A stretch of 64,000 bases of DNA. It comes from Auanema rhodensis. Taxonomy: Eukaryota > Animalia > Nematoda. The first letter of the stretch is position 1. Every line of letters starts with the position of its first letter. Below, in pieces: positions 23,601 to 38,100 of this stretch. The position numbers and the translations under genes are program-made. The DNA lies in the NCBI GenBank assembly GCA_964057225.1, contig OZ059898.1, positions 8,184,001 to 8,248,000 on the forward strand. Reading direction: 5' to 3'. The notes under the pieces are model-generated. The model made no database searches. It saw only the letters and a list, made by a program, of their open reading frames with translations, and was not told the origin of the DNA.

Positions 23601-26600
23601 CTGCAGTAAAATATATTGAAATTAAGTTGTTTTTAATATTTTACTTCATCCGAATCTGGTAACATTTGTTTCAATGTTCTCAACGTCTCAATATCAAAAG
23701 CTCTATGATGATTTTCACGTAAATTCGAAATCAATCCATCCAAGTTCTAAAAACAGTTTTAATTTTATTCAAGATTTTAATACTCTAATTCAAACCTTAA
23801 AACGTTTTAGTGTAATCGATACATTTTGACTTCGTTTAGGTGATAACAGATCAACGACAGTTTCCTTCTTTTTATTCTAAAAATAATTATTAGAACAACC
23901 GTTTTTCTTGCAACATTGTATTTGAAATAAACATTTTCACGTGATTCACGTAAAATTTATTCTACTAATCGATTACATATTTAACTGATCATTGAAAGAT
24001 ATTACAAGGTTTTTGTAAAAGTAAAACTTGCCAATATTGCGATTTGTTCGACATTGCGTTTAGTACGAGTGGGTAACGAGTACATGCTTTCGAGCATATC
24101 ATAATCCAATGAAACTGTATATTTATAAAATTATATTTTCATTAAAATAAAAATGTATTACCTTGAGATTTATTCCGTAATTGATTCCAGACACTGTCCT
24201 TTCTTTCTGCTATGGCAACATTTGTTGGAATTTTATCCCACTAATACGAAAAATTAATGAAGAATGACAGTAATTAGTACAAACCTGCCAATTTACCATA
24301 TGTAAATTATTATCTCGTATTCGTTTAGGTCTCATTGATTCTGGTAGCTCAATTGGTTTACTTGCACCAAATATTTGTTGAAATTCTAATGGAGGAGGTG
24401 GTGGGATGCCTGGTCCTGCTGAAAATTCATAAATGAATCTGTAAAAGTTGGTAAATATCCTAGCAAATACCTCCATTCAGGAGATGTATAGGAGGTGGTG
24501 GAGGAGGAGCAGGTGGTGTAGCTTGATTAATAGAAGCTTTGAGAAAGGGAGGAGGGGGTGGAGGTGGTGGTATTACTACAGGTAAACTGCCATTCGTTTT
24601 ATCATTATCGCTATTAGAATTTATTTTTACTTGTGAAGAATCAAAATTATCCTGAAAATAAGGATATTTGAATTATTTTATTCAATTAAAATATTATGAT
24701 TTACCTCTATTTTCATAGTATTTGCTTTGCTAAGTAGATCTAGTTTACATAAATCTTCGAATACAGCATAATCACCAGAATCATTCTAAGATAAGTGTAC
24801 AAAATATTAAATCGAGAGACTTGTGCTTATACCATATCCGAATTATCCATTTCTCCAGCGTTTAGAGGTGTCACTGGAGAAATTGACTGACTAAATCTAT
24901 TATCTTGAACCGTATGCCAGATGTTAATCTGACTAATAATTTGTTTGTTGTCTTCAAAACGCAATCTAAACATAAATTAATTAATATATGAATATATATG
25001 TATTAATAATATATAAATAATATAAAATTAAAGTTAATTTAGAATACAATATTTAGAAAATAAATATGAACTAATTGATTCATAAGATATTATTTATTGA
25101 CAAAATTCTTTAATGTCAATTAACTAATAAACTGAATGTATCGATAAATTATCAAAACATGAGTGTATCATGACTGATATCATAGTTCTCAAACAGAAAC
25201 AAAATAAGTGAATTATCAGCATAATTCTTTGAGATTTCTGATATTTAACCTTACAAAACAATTCTTATGAAATGAGGAACTATTAGTGTGTTTAATTACT
25301 ATTTTTATATTTTAAACTGAAAGTTTTCTCTTTTCCTGTCTATTTCTTCTAGAAATTCCATTACTTTTTCAAACAGTTAAAATTTTTGTTTTTTTTTTCT
25401 CATTTCTGAAAAATTAAAGAAATGTTCGTATAAAGCTAAAGACCATTTCATATATATGTATATGCATATTATTATGTTGAAAAATTGAACAGTTTAAAGA
25501 AATGAAAGAATTCTGACGAAAAAGAAAACATAATCAGATGATGTTTTCAACAATTCCAAAGAGACATTTATAAAGATGACACATGATAAAAGTCTTCGTA
25601 GATATAGAAATAACAATACTGTCTCTTTTAACTTTTCTAAATATGAATTGTTTGTTTCGTGAATATGAAATCGTAAATCTTATTTAAAATGTTTTAATAC
25701 TGTTAACAATATCAATTTACACATATTTGTTTGTTATTCTATATATAATCTGATTAAGTTTATTATATTTGAAAATGATGAATAAATACCGAAATTTAAT
25801 TTGTTTGTGAAAGCTTTCGAATATTTCTTAGAATCTTATTATAACTAATTGATGTTATATCATTTTACTTTATGTTTTCAAAAAGAATGTAAAGAAACTT
25901 TGATTATTTAAAGTATATGAATCAGAATTATTAGGAAGTAAAACTTTTTAGTGTCATAGCAAATAATATGAAAAGAGAAGTAGCGACAAGATAAGAGAAA
26001 ATTATGAAATTAAGAGAAATTAGTTTATTAGAAACCAACTTACTCAATATCTTGTAGATGTTTGTCGTAGCGTAATTCTGAAATAAATATAAATAATTAA
26101 GAATATTGTATTATAAATTAATAAGTTTCAAGATACAGAAAAAGGGATACGGTGGATGATCACCTTTAAGACCTGCTCGCATGAAACAGATGATGATAGA
26201 GTATGAAGGATTGTTGACGAAGCTCTTGTATGAAGATATAATAAATAGCCTCAAGCAATTCTCGAAAGCTAGGTGTGGAAAAGAGCATGATATGACGGTC
26301 AAAAGAAAAAAAAACTATTAAAGAGGAAAAATATCATGGAATAGTTTCCACTTCACTTAATATTTATTAGAACGTTCTCCCGATAAAGCAAACGAACAAC
26401 TTGATTTTGGAGGAATCTACTATAGACAGAAAGCTAGAAATTTGTTTTTCTTGTGATGGATATTAAAATAATAGCTTATCATTTAATAAAGTAAATGTAT
26501 ATGTTATATGTAATATATACTATATATTATATTCATATAATATTACATTTAGTTTAGTTGAATGACGTCATTACTGATGATCTTCAACACTTAGAATATG

Positions 26601-27814
26601 CTCATCATTTGGAAGAGACATACGAGAAATAAAGAAGAAGAAGAAGGGAAAGAGATAGAACACTTATGTGACTCAGAAATCAGACTAAAAGACTGTACAC
26701 GTTTAGATGAGAATGAGTAAAAGAAAAGAACATACTCCATCTGAATTTTACAGAAAACAAAGTGTCAACTGTGAGATGAAATAAGAAAGTCTATTATATT
26801 GAATAGTTATGTTTCACATGATATATATCATGTATATGTCAAAGTAAAGTATACAGAAGCCAAATGCAATTATATATTTGAAATTTAGATGAATCAGAAA
26901 TTGTTATGTGTGTATATTGGCCTTCAGGTTTTATGATGATCTAACTCATCAGCATATGAACCGAATACAGTAGGATTAGCCGATTTGTAGATGATAGGTT
27001 TATATGGATAGGATAGTAATGAAGAGTTGCTAGTTAAAGACAGTGAATGAGAGAGTGAGAAAAAGAACTAAAGAGTGGTTGAGAGAAAACTATGTTCAAT
27101 GAGTAATTGAGAGAGTGAAGAAGATACTAAAGAGGGGGCTTAGGTTACTTACCTTGTAAACAGTAAGAAGAGAAGTAATTTAAGGTCAACGAACCTCTTA
27201 AAGATGATGATGTTGATGAAAATAATGTTTACTTCAAAGCATCTAATGTAAAATCAAAAAAGGAAATTGAGATTTGAAAAGGAAAAAAAAGGAAATAAAT
27301 TAAATAATATATAAGATTTTGTTTGACTTTAAAAGGAAAATGTGAAGAAAGAGGCGTAAAAGAATTGTTGGAAAAAAGGTTGAAATCGGGAGAAAAATGA
27401 ATCATGAGAAAAGAAAAAACAACAAAACTCAACAGGAACGGCGGGATAGCAGATGGTTTTCGTATCATTCTGTTCATGATCAAGTAATATTTAGATTTTT
27501 ACCTCGAAGTTCATGTATCATACGGAATATTTTAGATGGATCTGATGATTTGAGTATCAATTCATTGATTAATCTGATAGAAGTTAATACAATATATTCA
27601 TCTTCATGTTCCAAACATTCCAATAGAGGTGAGAATGGTGAACCAGAAGAATCTATAAGATCCTAAAATTTATAAATAATTAGAACTTTTTATATTTTTG
27701 TATGAAACAACTTACTTGCCAAGCTGTAACAAATTCTAAAACAAGTTCATGTCCATCATCTTCAATATCTAATGTAGATTGTAGTAATAATAGAGCTTCA
27801 AGTATTTCTAAATC
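20614..27814 (-). CDS. INF2/EXC-6-like formin (partial DID/FH3, FH1, FH2, DAD-like motif, long Ser/Thr-rich tail); first coding exon not located
   Basis: FH1 polyproline at ~24390-24570; FH2 motifs LLSPKRSQNVSITLKRF, GNYLNGSTAQGNAAGFKLNSL, LANYFCEN; FH3-like exons 27717-27814, 27503-27663, 26043-26077; DAD-like LLYQTLESGS..WRRR; ends CRPKWV*. Confidence 0.9.
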
Positions 27815-30800
27815 TGAAAAATAAAGTTCAGTTTTTGGAACGAAAGTACAGATTTTGTGATGAAAATAAATTTTTTTCTTCCAACATTTCTCAGCTGTTA
27901 ACAGTTGCAAATCATTTTTTCCTTTCTGTATGCTATAAAGGATAAACGATTGTCAAAAGAATTTCAATTTTTTGTTAAAAGCGGATAGAAAAAGAAATTC
28001 TTTGATGATGATGGTGATGATGTTGTATTATTCTTTCTTAAAGGTCTCAAAGTATACTAAACGATTTTTTTTTCGGATAGCTTATTTTCAGTGAAAGATG
28101 AAAAGAGGACGACAAGGCTGAAAAGTGTTAATCTTTTAGAAAATGTTTAAGAAAGAAAAATTATATTAAGCATAAACAGATAGAAATCTTTTTAAAAAAT
28201 ATATATGCTATGTTCATTATATATATAATAAATTTAACTAACCCAAAAGATGTCGGATAAATTGTGATCTGAGAGTAGTATTCATTTGATTTGAATCGAC
28301 ATTTGTCAAAATATCTAAATGAATTAAAATTATTTATATAACTTATATAATTAGAAAGAAAACAAGAATAAAGCGATAGAGGTAGTTCCACTTGCATAAC
28401 CTATTTGAAACGGAAGGAAATAAGATCTAGTTCGAATGTTTGTCCTCAGATACAGAATTTTGACAGCCACGTATGACGTCGTCATTTGAAAGAATTTATA
28501 AAAGATAATCGAACTAATTTAATTTTAAAAGAAAATTATAGAGAAATATAATATGAAACTTGGAAATGAGTTACAGCAGAATTTTGGACTGGTAGAAGCT
28601 TATTATCTAATTGAGCCATATTTTCTTTAACTACGTTTCCGTTGTTGAATTTTCATACATATAGTTTAAAATATATATTCATGGTATTGTTTTCATTGTC
28701 AAAGAAAAATTATCATAGAGAGAAAACAGAGAATTTGTGAAGAGAAAAAGAGAAAAGTTGGGAGGAAATAGAGGGTGATACGGACCGGTTCTATCGTTTT
28801 AGCTGTCAAGTTGTAAAGCTGCAGTGCATTTGCATATAAGGATTGTATGCGATTGTAGCTGCAACGATAGAAAGAAAGTCAAGAGAGTACGAGAGAGATT
28901 AAGAGCGAAAATGACCATAAGAAGAAGCTTGTAGTAGTTTTAGGGCTAAGCATCCCCCATATGATACTTATCTACAACTCCATAAGGAGATGTGATACTA
29001 ACATACAGCGGTTAAGCTTTAAAAGATCTCAATTTGTCGCAAAGATGAAAGACTTTAGTGATCATGAATATGCTAAGTCCAAACCATTGAAAAACGAATT
29101 TTCCGTTTGTTCTCGATGACAATCGAGGTCAAATATAGCTTGATCTATAAACGGTATATATGCATGTACTGGTTAAAGTATTGAAATAAATGTTGATAGA
29201 AAGATCATATAGTTTATAGACTTATTACTAGTCAAAATATAAAAAAATGAAAAAGGTGCTTGAGGTTGAAATTTTGAAAAAAATCAAGAGACTAGAGATG
29301 CTTTGATATTGTATAGAGGGAAAAAATACGAGAAGAGAGGTGGTGATTTTAAGGCAAAAAGAAATAAAGGGAAAAAGAAAAAACTAGAGAGGGAAAGTGA
29401 GAGAGAGAGTATGTCCTAACTACGAATGGAGCATATTGAGATTGAACTGAAACACTTGAAATAGAACTGTGATGTATTTTATGACCAGTATGATACATAC
29501 GAAAACAAACAAAGCTGATCAGAGCGTTAGAACTGAGACTATGTTTCACGTATTACTACAGTACTAAACTGCTACATGTCTCGTGTTTTTTTTTATAAAA
29601 AGATATAGATATGAGTTATATTCTTTTATAATAATTAGATGAGGTTTTTATCTTTAAATTCTAATTTATAAAAATATAGAGGAAATAAAGAAAAAAATAA
29701 TCAGAATATAGTTATAATAATATTAAATATAAATGTATATTATACTAAAATAAATAAGAATATGATAGACAATCACTATTTCTAATTGTATATGTTTATA
29801 ATATACATATTCTATAAATATATAACAAACAAGGAAAATGAATAAAATGATTGACTAAAAAAACTCTTTTGTTGGATATTTTATATGATGTTAATGCCTA
29901 GAAAACATTTTTTATCAATCATAAACTATGGTCATTATTTCGTATAACGAGCAAATACATACTGAACTATGACCTATACGGATTGAAAACTTATCTAAAA
30001 TCATAATGGTTTATTTCCATCTGATTAAATACCAATATTGCCTGTGGCTATATTAGATGAGAAGCAGCGTGCACTTCAACAGAACCAGCAAAAAGACAAG
30101 CTTCATCATCTGTTGAGGACTACGTTGTTGGATATAATATATCATATGGTCATAAATGGTGGTAAAACGAAAATGTTCATCTAGCTCTGATCCCATGGTG
30201 AGAAATATGGCCATAGATGAATGTAATGATTTGATCTCTCCTTAGATTTCGTACGACATCCTCACACCCTCCCTCTCTCGGTTTTCAACGTTTACGTTTT
30301 TTATATGAAGAAGGGATGATGAAAAAAGTAATTAGTAAAAATTAAAAGCTAAAAAGTAATATTGAGTGTGAAAAAAAAAGAAAAAGATGTTGAAGTGTAA
30401 AATAAAATAAAAACAAGATATTTATGTTTTGTCATTAAAGGATTAGAGCATTTCTCAAACGAAAAATTCAAATAAACTCGAACAATGCTGTACAGAAGTA
30501 TACATATGCTACCAAATGATCAAAAGTATTTTTTTTTAATTCAAATGACACCTGCTCTTTTGATCTTTTGAATAAAATAGGAAAATGAACAGATTGAAGA
30601 TTTAGATGAAAAAATTGAAATATTTTACTTACAATACGAAAAAGTTTGTAACAGGTATTACATGATGAAGGGTGTCAAAAGATTTATACAAAGCGATAAA
30701 GAGGTTAGTAATAACTCATTCTAATCTAAGAAAAATATCTTTTGACAGCTATGTCCTAGTTATTACTATGTTATAAACTTTATTTATAACAGTTAAATAT

Positions 30801-33800
30801 ATATTATAACGATATTAATGATAATTAAGGTTCATATTCAACTTCTAATGTGTTCGCATTCTAAGACTATGCGTATATTTATCTGAGGAATTATCGCAAA
30901 TAGGTAGAAATTATAAAAATGAAAACTAATAAAAGCTGAAATTTGATTCATATTAGATCTTTAGGTGAAAAACCGTTTGAGTGCCTAACAGGAAAGCCAA
31001 GCGTTTGAAACGCGTTGGCGTTGTCAACAGACAGGACATCTAAAAGACCGAGAGAGACACAGCTCAAATCTTATTCTCATTAAACCTCATCTTCACTACT
31101 CTTCCTTCATTTCTTGATTCTATGTTACATTACATCTCTAATTCTCTCTGTTTAACCATATAAACATGTTATATTTCGTCTTCTTTTCTTTTCTTGATTC
31201 TACATATTTTCATGTATGGATATACAAAAGATATGGATCGGATTGGCCCGTCACTTGTCGCTATTCTCTCTGTTCTTCTCTCTCTCTTCCATAAATGTAA
31301 GGAGGGTATGGTGTTGAAAATTTGGAATGAGGAGAAGGCTGTTGATTTTCATCTCTACATGGAAAATACTTTTCTCGATTATATTCACGATTTATGAAAA
31401 GATCATCTTTCATTGTCTAAATGACAAACAAGCAATTTCACATTCTCATTTGGTGGTCTTTTTTTTTGTTTTGAAACTTACTAAAAGAAGTTGTAATAAA
31501 TTATTTATTAGATAAAATAAGCTAATGAATATAATATTTATACAAACAACATGAAAAATAAATTAGAAATATTAATATTATTCAAAAATTCTACATAATA
31601 TCTACACTTTTTAGTTTTTCTACTATTTATTGTTCCGAACTGTAGCCTGGCCTCACATTTACCAGCATACTCTATTGGAGCATCTAGCATATGCGAGAAA
31701 CTTAGATCATTCTTTTGGATAAAGAGAAAGTTCAGGACAGAAGAAAAGGGTTTCAAGATACATTGGCGACACGAGTACAAGATTTTGAACTGGATATACA
31801 ACTAAGAAAATTTTCGTTTCCTTGAAATAAAGAAAGAGTCGAGAAAAGTTTCGCCTTTAAAATCAACATTTCAAACATAGCCTTATCAGATAAGATGAGA
31901 AAACGATGAGCTCAAAAAACTGTAACGTTTGATTCGTCTTTGTAAAGCGTTTAGGTGTTGTGAAATGGTAGAGAAATCGTTTTTCTACGAGACATTTATC
32001 TTGTGAAAAACGTTGATGTGTATAGAAAAAGAAGTTGCCCCCCCCCCCTCTCCCCCATCCTTTTTTCTTCTGTCATTTAGATATTTTAGTGATATTTTCA
32101 ATTCTGGAGGTTTTACTAAATGCTGTACAGTAGAAATGTTTTTTAATCGTCAATGAAGTATAGATCAATTATATACATATCATATCATATGTACATCTTT
32201 TCCAAATGATTCAGTAAATTTTCAACAACATTTTTATTATTTTTACTTCATTATTATATGAAAATTCTTTAACGAATTTTAATTAAACTTATAACTTAAT
32301 AATGAACAACTTAATTTAAGTCACACATTAGGTTTTTATCTGTAAACCGATCACAAATCTATCTTATAAACTTATTTTACATAATCAGTCTGACAGAATA
32401 ATTAAGTTTAATTATACAATTGTTTTAAAATGTGATTTTATCATTGCATCAAGATCATGTTCTCTTATTGTCATACAACCCTGAATACGTTAAAGCTAAT
32501 GACCTAGCAGGAAAGGGAAAAATAAGTCCTTGGACGAAATATCAGTTAGTTCCACTCTTCTATTCCTTCTCCAATTAAGCAAATATCTATATCTATATAT
32601 ATTTTTTTTCTAAATAAATATATTTTAATCTTATATATTATTCACTTATAGCTTGCCTCCTACTAACATTTTACTGAAACTCAAAGAAAACCTGTTTAAT
32701 TAAAATGCTACGATGTTCGAAAAAAAAGAGGAACAAACGACATAGAAGAACAAAACTTTTTCAGTATTTGCTTGTTCTTCATGCAATGTGGTTCCACAAA
32801 ACAATGACAGATGTGATACATGCAGTCTTTCTGATTTTCCATCTCCAACATCTGAAAGCTTCATCAACTATTGATTTTTTTCTCAGAAATTAAGGTTAAA
32901 TAGTTATCACAAGTATGTGTATTAGTTCATTTCAAAACCTATTTTTTATATAATTTATTTGAAATATCTTTTTTCTTGCCTTATCAGGTCTAGGACGTCT
33001 TTAATGAAGGTCATATATATCAGGGTCCGATAGGTGACGAACCGAAAGCCACGGCCTATATGGCACCGGCTGATCCGAAGGCCGAAGCATAGACACTCTA
33101 GCATCTGATCTGACCCAACTAGTTGGCACATCATTAGACTTATAACATCTTGATTTATTCTTTCTCTCATAGTTTAAAATTTTTTATTTTATGCATTTTG
33201 CTTAGAATTATTCCAAATTGTATAACTATATGTATTCAGTATTAGACCTAAACTTAATTCTTTTGTTGATACTTATGTTTGCTTGACATTAGTCATCAAA
33301 TTGTTAATATCACTCGTATATACTACATACATAAGTCATGTGAGGACAATAAACATTATTTCCTAAGTATATGCTTATATTCACAACATAAGAAGTTATG
33401 AAATAAATTAGAATCTCATCAATCTTTTGAAGATATTATATATAGAAGCATTTCAATATTAATAATAATTCAAGTTAATTTACATCAAAACGTTACCCCA
33501 TTTCGTGAATAAAATTTCTCTTTCTCTTGATAACAAAGCATTTTAGTTCTTCTTGGACTTTACCATTTACTATTTAATTTTCAAATGTAGATTAGTTATT
33601 TATTTCACATATTATCGAGAAATATCTTCAAAAATATATTTTTAGATTTTGCTTACAATGTAAGAAAGATCTTCAACAACAATATCAATTTTTTTTAATA
33701 TTGACAATATCAATTGTAAAATCTTTTACTAAATATCAAGGTAATTTCACAATTTATCTGATCTTTAAAAAAAATTGTAAATACGCTTTGTAGCTTTAAT

Positions 33801-34259
33801 GGATTATCTTATTACCGAACAGCAATGTGAGTTCTTTTTATACAGTTATGTGATAAAGACTAACTGATTTGCATTGAAATATTATCAGAGCAAAGCAAGC
33901 ATTATCATTATTAAAGCATATATATTTATCTTCTATAATTCAACAAGAAGTGTTTAAGCTGCTTGTATTGAACAGGTTCATCCAAAGTTTGGGGCTGATT
34001 TGTCATTCTTGTGATTCCCAGCATTATCTGTATGAAAGTTTGAGTTATTAATCAATTTAACAGATGCTTTGGTTATTAAAAAAACTGCTGGTGTTATAAT
34101 ATTTATTGTCGTCATACTCCGTAATACCATCAGTGAGATATAGTACGTTTTAATGGTGGGAAGTTGGTAAATCGCATACATACAAACAGTATACAAAAGG
34201 AGATCAGTGGTATAAATAACCGCAAAGTAAAACATAGACGATATTATGGAATGTTACTA

Positions 34260-34827
34260 TTATTTTTGCAGCTCAGAGTTTCTTAGTGCACTGAAATCAG
34301 TGGAGCCATGTTGTGCGTTGGGGTATGCCTATAAAGCTTGGGATTTCACGATTGCTTTGTAGCATGTATATACCTGGGGTTCAAAAGTTTGATTAGAATC
34401 ACTATCAAATGTAGTATGGTCTGGTTCCGAAAATCCAGTATTAGAGTCTTCATTACCACCGAAGAGAGGTGCAATAGGGTTGGTTGAGTCTATAACTCAA
34501 TACGTTTTTTGAACTACTATAATCTACAAACCCTGAGAATTGTCCTCTGCTGACTGAGCAGTATTACTGTTTTCTTCTTCTGTCATTGGCTTAACAGCCT
34601 TTGGAGCTATGCTCATTTGTGCTGTTACTGCACAATAAAATTTTAATTAGCTTAAAGAAGATGATATTACCTGGAACCCATTTTTGAATTTTGATCGAAG
34701 TATCCTTGATGAGAACCCATTTTTTCTCCCATTTTCTCACTTTTTCAATTGAATGTATAACTTTTCTTAACTCATCCTTAGTTCTATTTCTTGTTTCTGC
34801 TCTATGAGTTCTGGTGGCTGAATACAT
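34260..34827 (-). CDS. bcl-7: BCL7 family SWI/SNF subunit
   Basis: N-terminus [29 protein letters not shown]...KWVP is the BCL7 signature; exons 34827-34671, 34627-34532, 34489-34374, 34328-34260. Confidence 0.93.
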
Positions 34828-35147
34828 CTAAAAAAATTTTTTAGTAAAAGTTAATAATATTTAAGAAAAATACTCAATGTTGTTTATTTTTAAAACTATT
34901 GATAATGAATATGAAAACAAAATCCACAACACATAATAAACCAGCTATACTATCTACGGTTTGCATACCGCCGTGGCTTGTACGTTGTTTACAACGTCCC
35001 TTAGTAATGTCGTAGGGGGTAAATATTCAAACTTCAAATTTGGGACGTTATCTTAAATCATGCTGAAAGCTTTAATTAAAAAGTGTTTTTTATATATTAT
35101 AATGAACTATAGTTTATTATTTGTGTTTGATAATTTTTCATTTATAG
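34828..35147. promoter_or_regulatory. Compact bidirectional promoter between bcl-7 and the MPP10 locus
   Basis: 320 bp between divergent ATGs, each directly preceded by a T-rich TAG acceptor; inverted repeat ACGTTGT-tt-ACAACGT (34982-34997) containing TTGTTTAC; TTCAAA motifs. Confidence 0.6.
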
Positions 35148-38100
35148 ATGTCTTCGCGTATTCCGAGGCCAACAGCGGGTAAATCTTCTTCTGAACCAGA
35201 GAGGAGCAATTCTCAAAGTTCGAATGATTCAAGTCGGAGAACTTCGAGCAGATTAGCGGCTAAGGTGTGATAGTTAAATATATATATACAAATTTATTTC
35301 GAGTTATTAAGACTACTTCTCGTATCCCTGAACCAACGCGTACCCTTTCTCAAGCATCGGTCGCCAGCGTGTAAGTAGCCTTATCATATAGATCTATATA
35401 TGTATCCCTTCTATTCTCAGAGAATCAACCTCTTCCCAGGATGATTTTGTGAAACCCAAACGCACAGCTGCAAAAGTTTGTATTTTTCTTTTTAATAATT
35501 AAATTTTATTATTGTGTAGAATTGACTTTACTGGAAGTAAATAGTATACTTTCAAACTTATTCTTTACAAACTGAATTATTCGAAAAGATTGTTTACTAT
35601 CTTATAGGATCATTAGTTTATTTTAGGTCAGCCAGTCCAAAAAGGACGACATTAGTACCGATGATTCAGTTCCGAGGCCAAAAAGTCAAGGATCTACCAC
35701 TAAGGTTTGTCCTAAGCTTTCTTAAATCGAATTTATATTTCTTTAAGGATACTCGATCTTCTGAAGTAATAATTTCACCTGATGACGAAAAACCGATGGG
35801 AAGACCAAGAACACGTAGTTCTTCTAGAGTTTGTTTGCCCATAAAAAATATTACCGTGCGTGAAGTTGTAGGCTACTTCTGCTGCTCCGGAATCAACTGA
35901 TGTGTCTCCCGTATCTATAGGAAGATCACGCCGGTCTACTAGAGTGAGCATTTTATTTTTTGACTTGATATAAAATATTTCACCCATTGATTAATTAGAA
36001 ACAAAACATGCTTTACAAAAAAATATATGTGAATCACACATTGCCCTCCTGCTTTTTTTCTTCAAAGACTAGCATGCAAAGATGTTCATTTCTCTATTTA
36101 AAAAAAATTAAAAATAAATTCAAACTCTTGTACTTGATTGACCAATCACATTTGATGAAGTTTTTATTCTGCTAGATGTAATCTTGTTATGTAGCGTACA
36201 TCAGCTTTTCTTATTATCACATTTGTTTAGGCTAATTCAGTCATATCTGATACTAGCGATATTCCTGAAAATGTTTTTAACACTCCGAAAAAATCATCTT
36301 CAATTGATACACCTAAAAGTTCTCAGAGGAAATCTCGCGGTGCTTGTACGGTAAGACTTAGGTTTCTATAAGCATTTAACGTTTTCTATTTTCAGAATGT
36401 TGTAGAATTAGATGTAATTAATGAAGATGACGATATTGTTATATGTTCTCAAGTAATGTATTGTCAAATCCAGTTAAAGTATTTTTATATTTTAGGCTGA
36501 CTCCAATTTTAAAACTCCTCCAGTTTCTCCATCTCGATCTCGAAAATCTCAGAAAACTCCAACACCTACTAGAATGGTAAATTTCAAGAAATATTTTTAT
36601 AGTTTAAAAATTATTCAGGATTCATCTTCGCGACTTACTCGTTCCATGCGTAAGCGAGGAATTAATACTCCAGAAGATGAGTTCAAACCAGTTGATCCTG
36701 TTATTTGTTTTGAGAGCGACGATGAAGAAAAGGCTTCTAACTCACCCAAGAAAAATGTTGGTTATTTCTTACATAGAAAAAAAGTATTATATTTAAGGAT
36801 AACGATAATGATTCTGATGAAATGATCAAGGATTTTGTTGTAGTTCCTGGGCAATCTGTACCTGCTAAGAGTATTGATAATATAATCATAATTTTTCCTA
36901 ACTTTTTGAAATTAGTTTCACCTGTGAATACTCCAACCAAGAAACGGAACTCAATGCTGGTGAGAAATCTAACTAAAGCTCTCTTCACTCCTTTGGACTC
37001 ACCTAAGCCTCCAACCCAAATCATTGATAAAGCAGGAACTCCTTTGAACAGCAATACAGCTGCTAATGAAAATGATGAAAGCGATGATGCTATGGACTGG
37101 GAGCCTATTGTGAGTTACATCTTCAGCTTGACTTTTCAACTTTTTTCATTTTCAGCCATTAATAGATGAAGAAGTCGATTCAAAGCATAAGGTAGAGTTT
37201 TTTTTAAACTTATTTGCTCAGAAATAGTCATCTCCGCAGATGGCTGTTTCTAGATGCACCTGAAAAGTGTTTTGAAACTGAGAATCTTTTGAGAATGGTG
37301 AAAACGAAAAGAATTCTCTATGCCTTTATCAGTAGAAAGAAAAATTGATAGCCACGTAGTTAAATGCGAGAAATGTCCTCTATCTTAATCTGAATTTTTT
37401 CTATTTCTTTAAGAAGATAGTGTAAGTTTTTCCAAAAAAAAATGTCGCACAGGCTCTGGGTAGTTCTTCGTTCTACATAATGTTATTTGCAGAGTACAGT
37501 TGCTGAGTGTGATGCTGCAACTGTTGCTCCCGAATCGATAGAAAAACAACGACAAGTGACTGCTTCACAGGAAGATAAGCCCTCAAGTCCTGAAGTAGTT
37601 TTATTGAGCTTTCGACGAATTAATAGTTCATGTTTTTTTGCAGAGCGATGTTGAAATTATATCCCGTATTAGTCCTGTGAAATCACCCAGGAAGGAAACT
37701 TCTAAGAAGGAACCCTCCATGAAAAATACTCCTAAGAATGAATCCCTTAAAAAACATACACCTAAGAAGGAATCCCCTAAGAAAGATATTCACGAGTCTT
37801 CTAGGAAGAACGATTTAAAGGAATCTCCAAAAAAACTGTCTCCTAAGAAAGGTGCTGCTAAGGAAGTACATACAATGAATTCCAAAAATTTAGAAACTCT
37901 AGAAAAAGGTGCCTCTAAGATAGAAACACCAAAAAAGGAGACTCCCTTAAAGCAAACACAGAAGAAGGAGACTCCGGCTAAAACGCTAAATATTTCTTCT
38001 ACCTTACAAAGTATATCTACATGTGAAAAGGAAACTATGGTTTCCAAGGATGTTTGTGCCATTGGGGAAAATGGGAATAATGGTGTCCCAGCATCTAGTG

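Noticed and set aside
30033-30200. Candidate first coding exon of the formin
   Set aside because: The frame matching the required phase-1 donor contains stops and no ATG.
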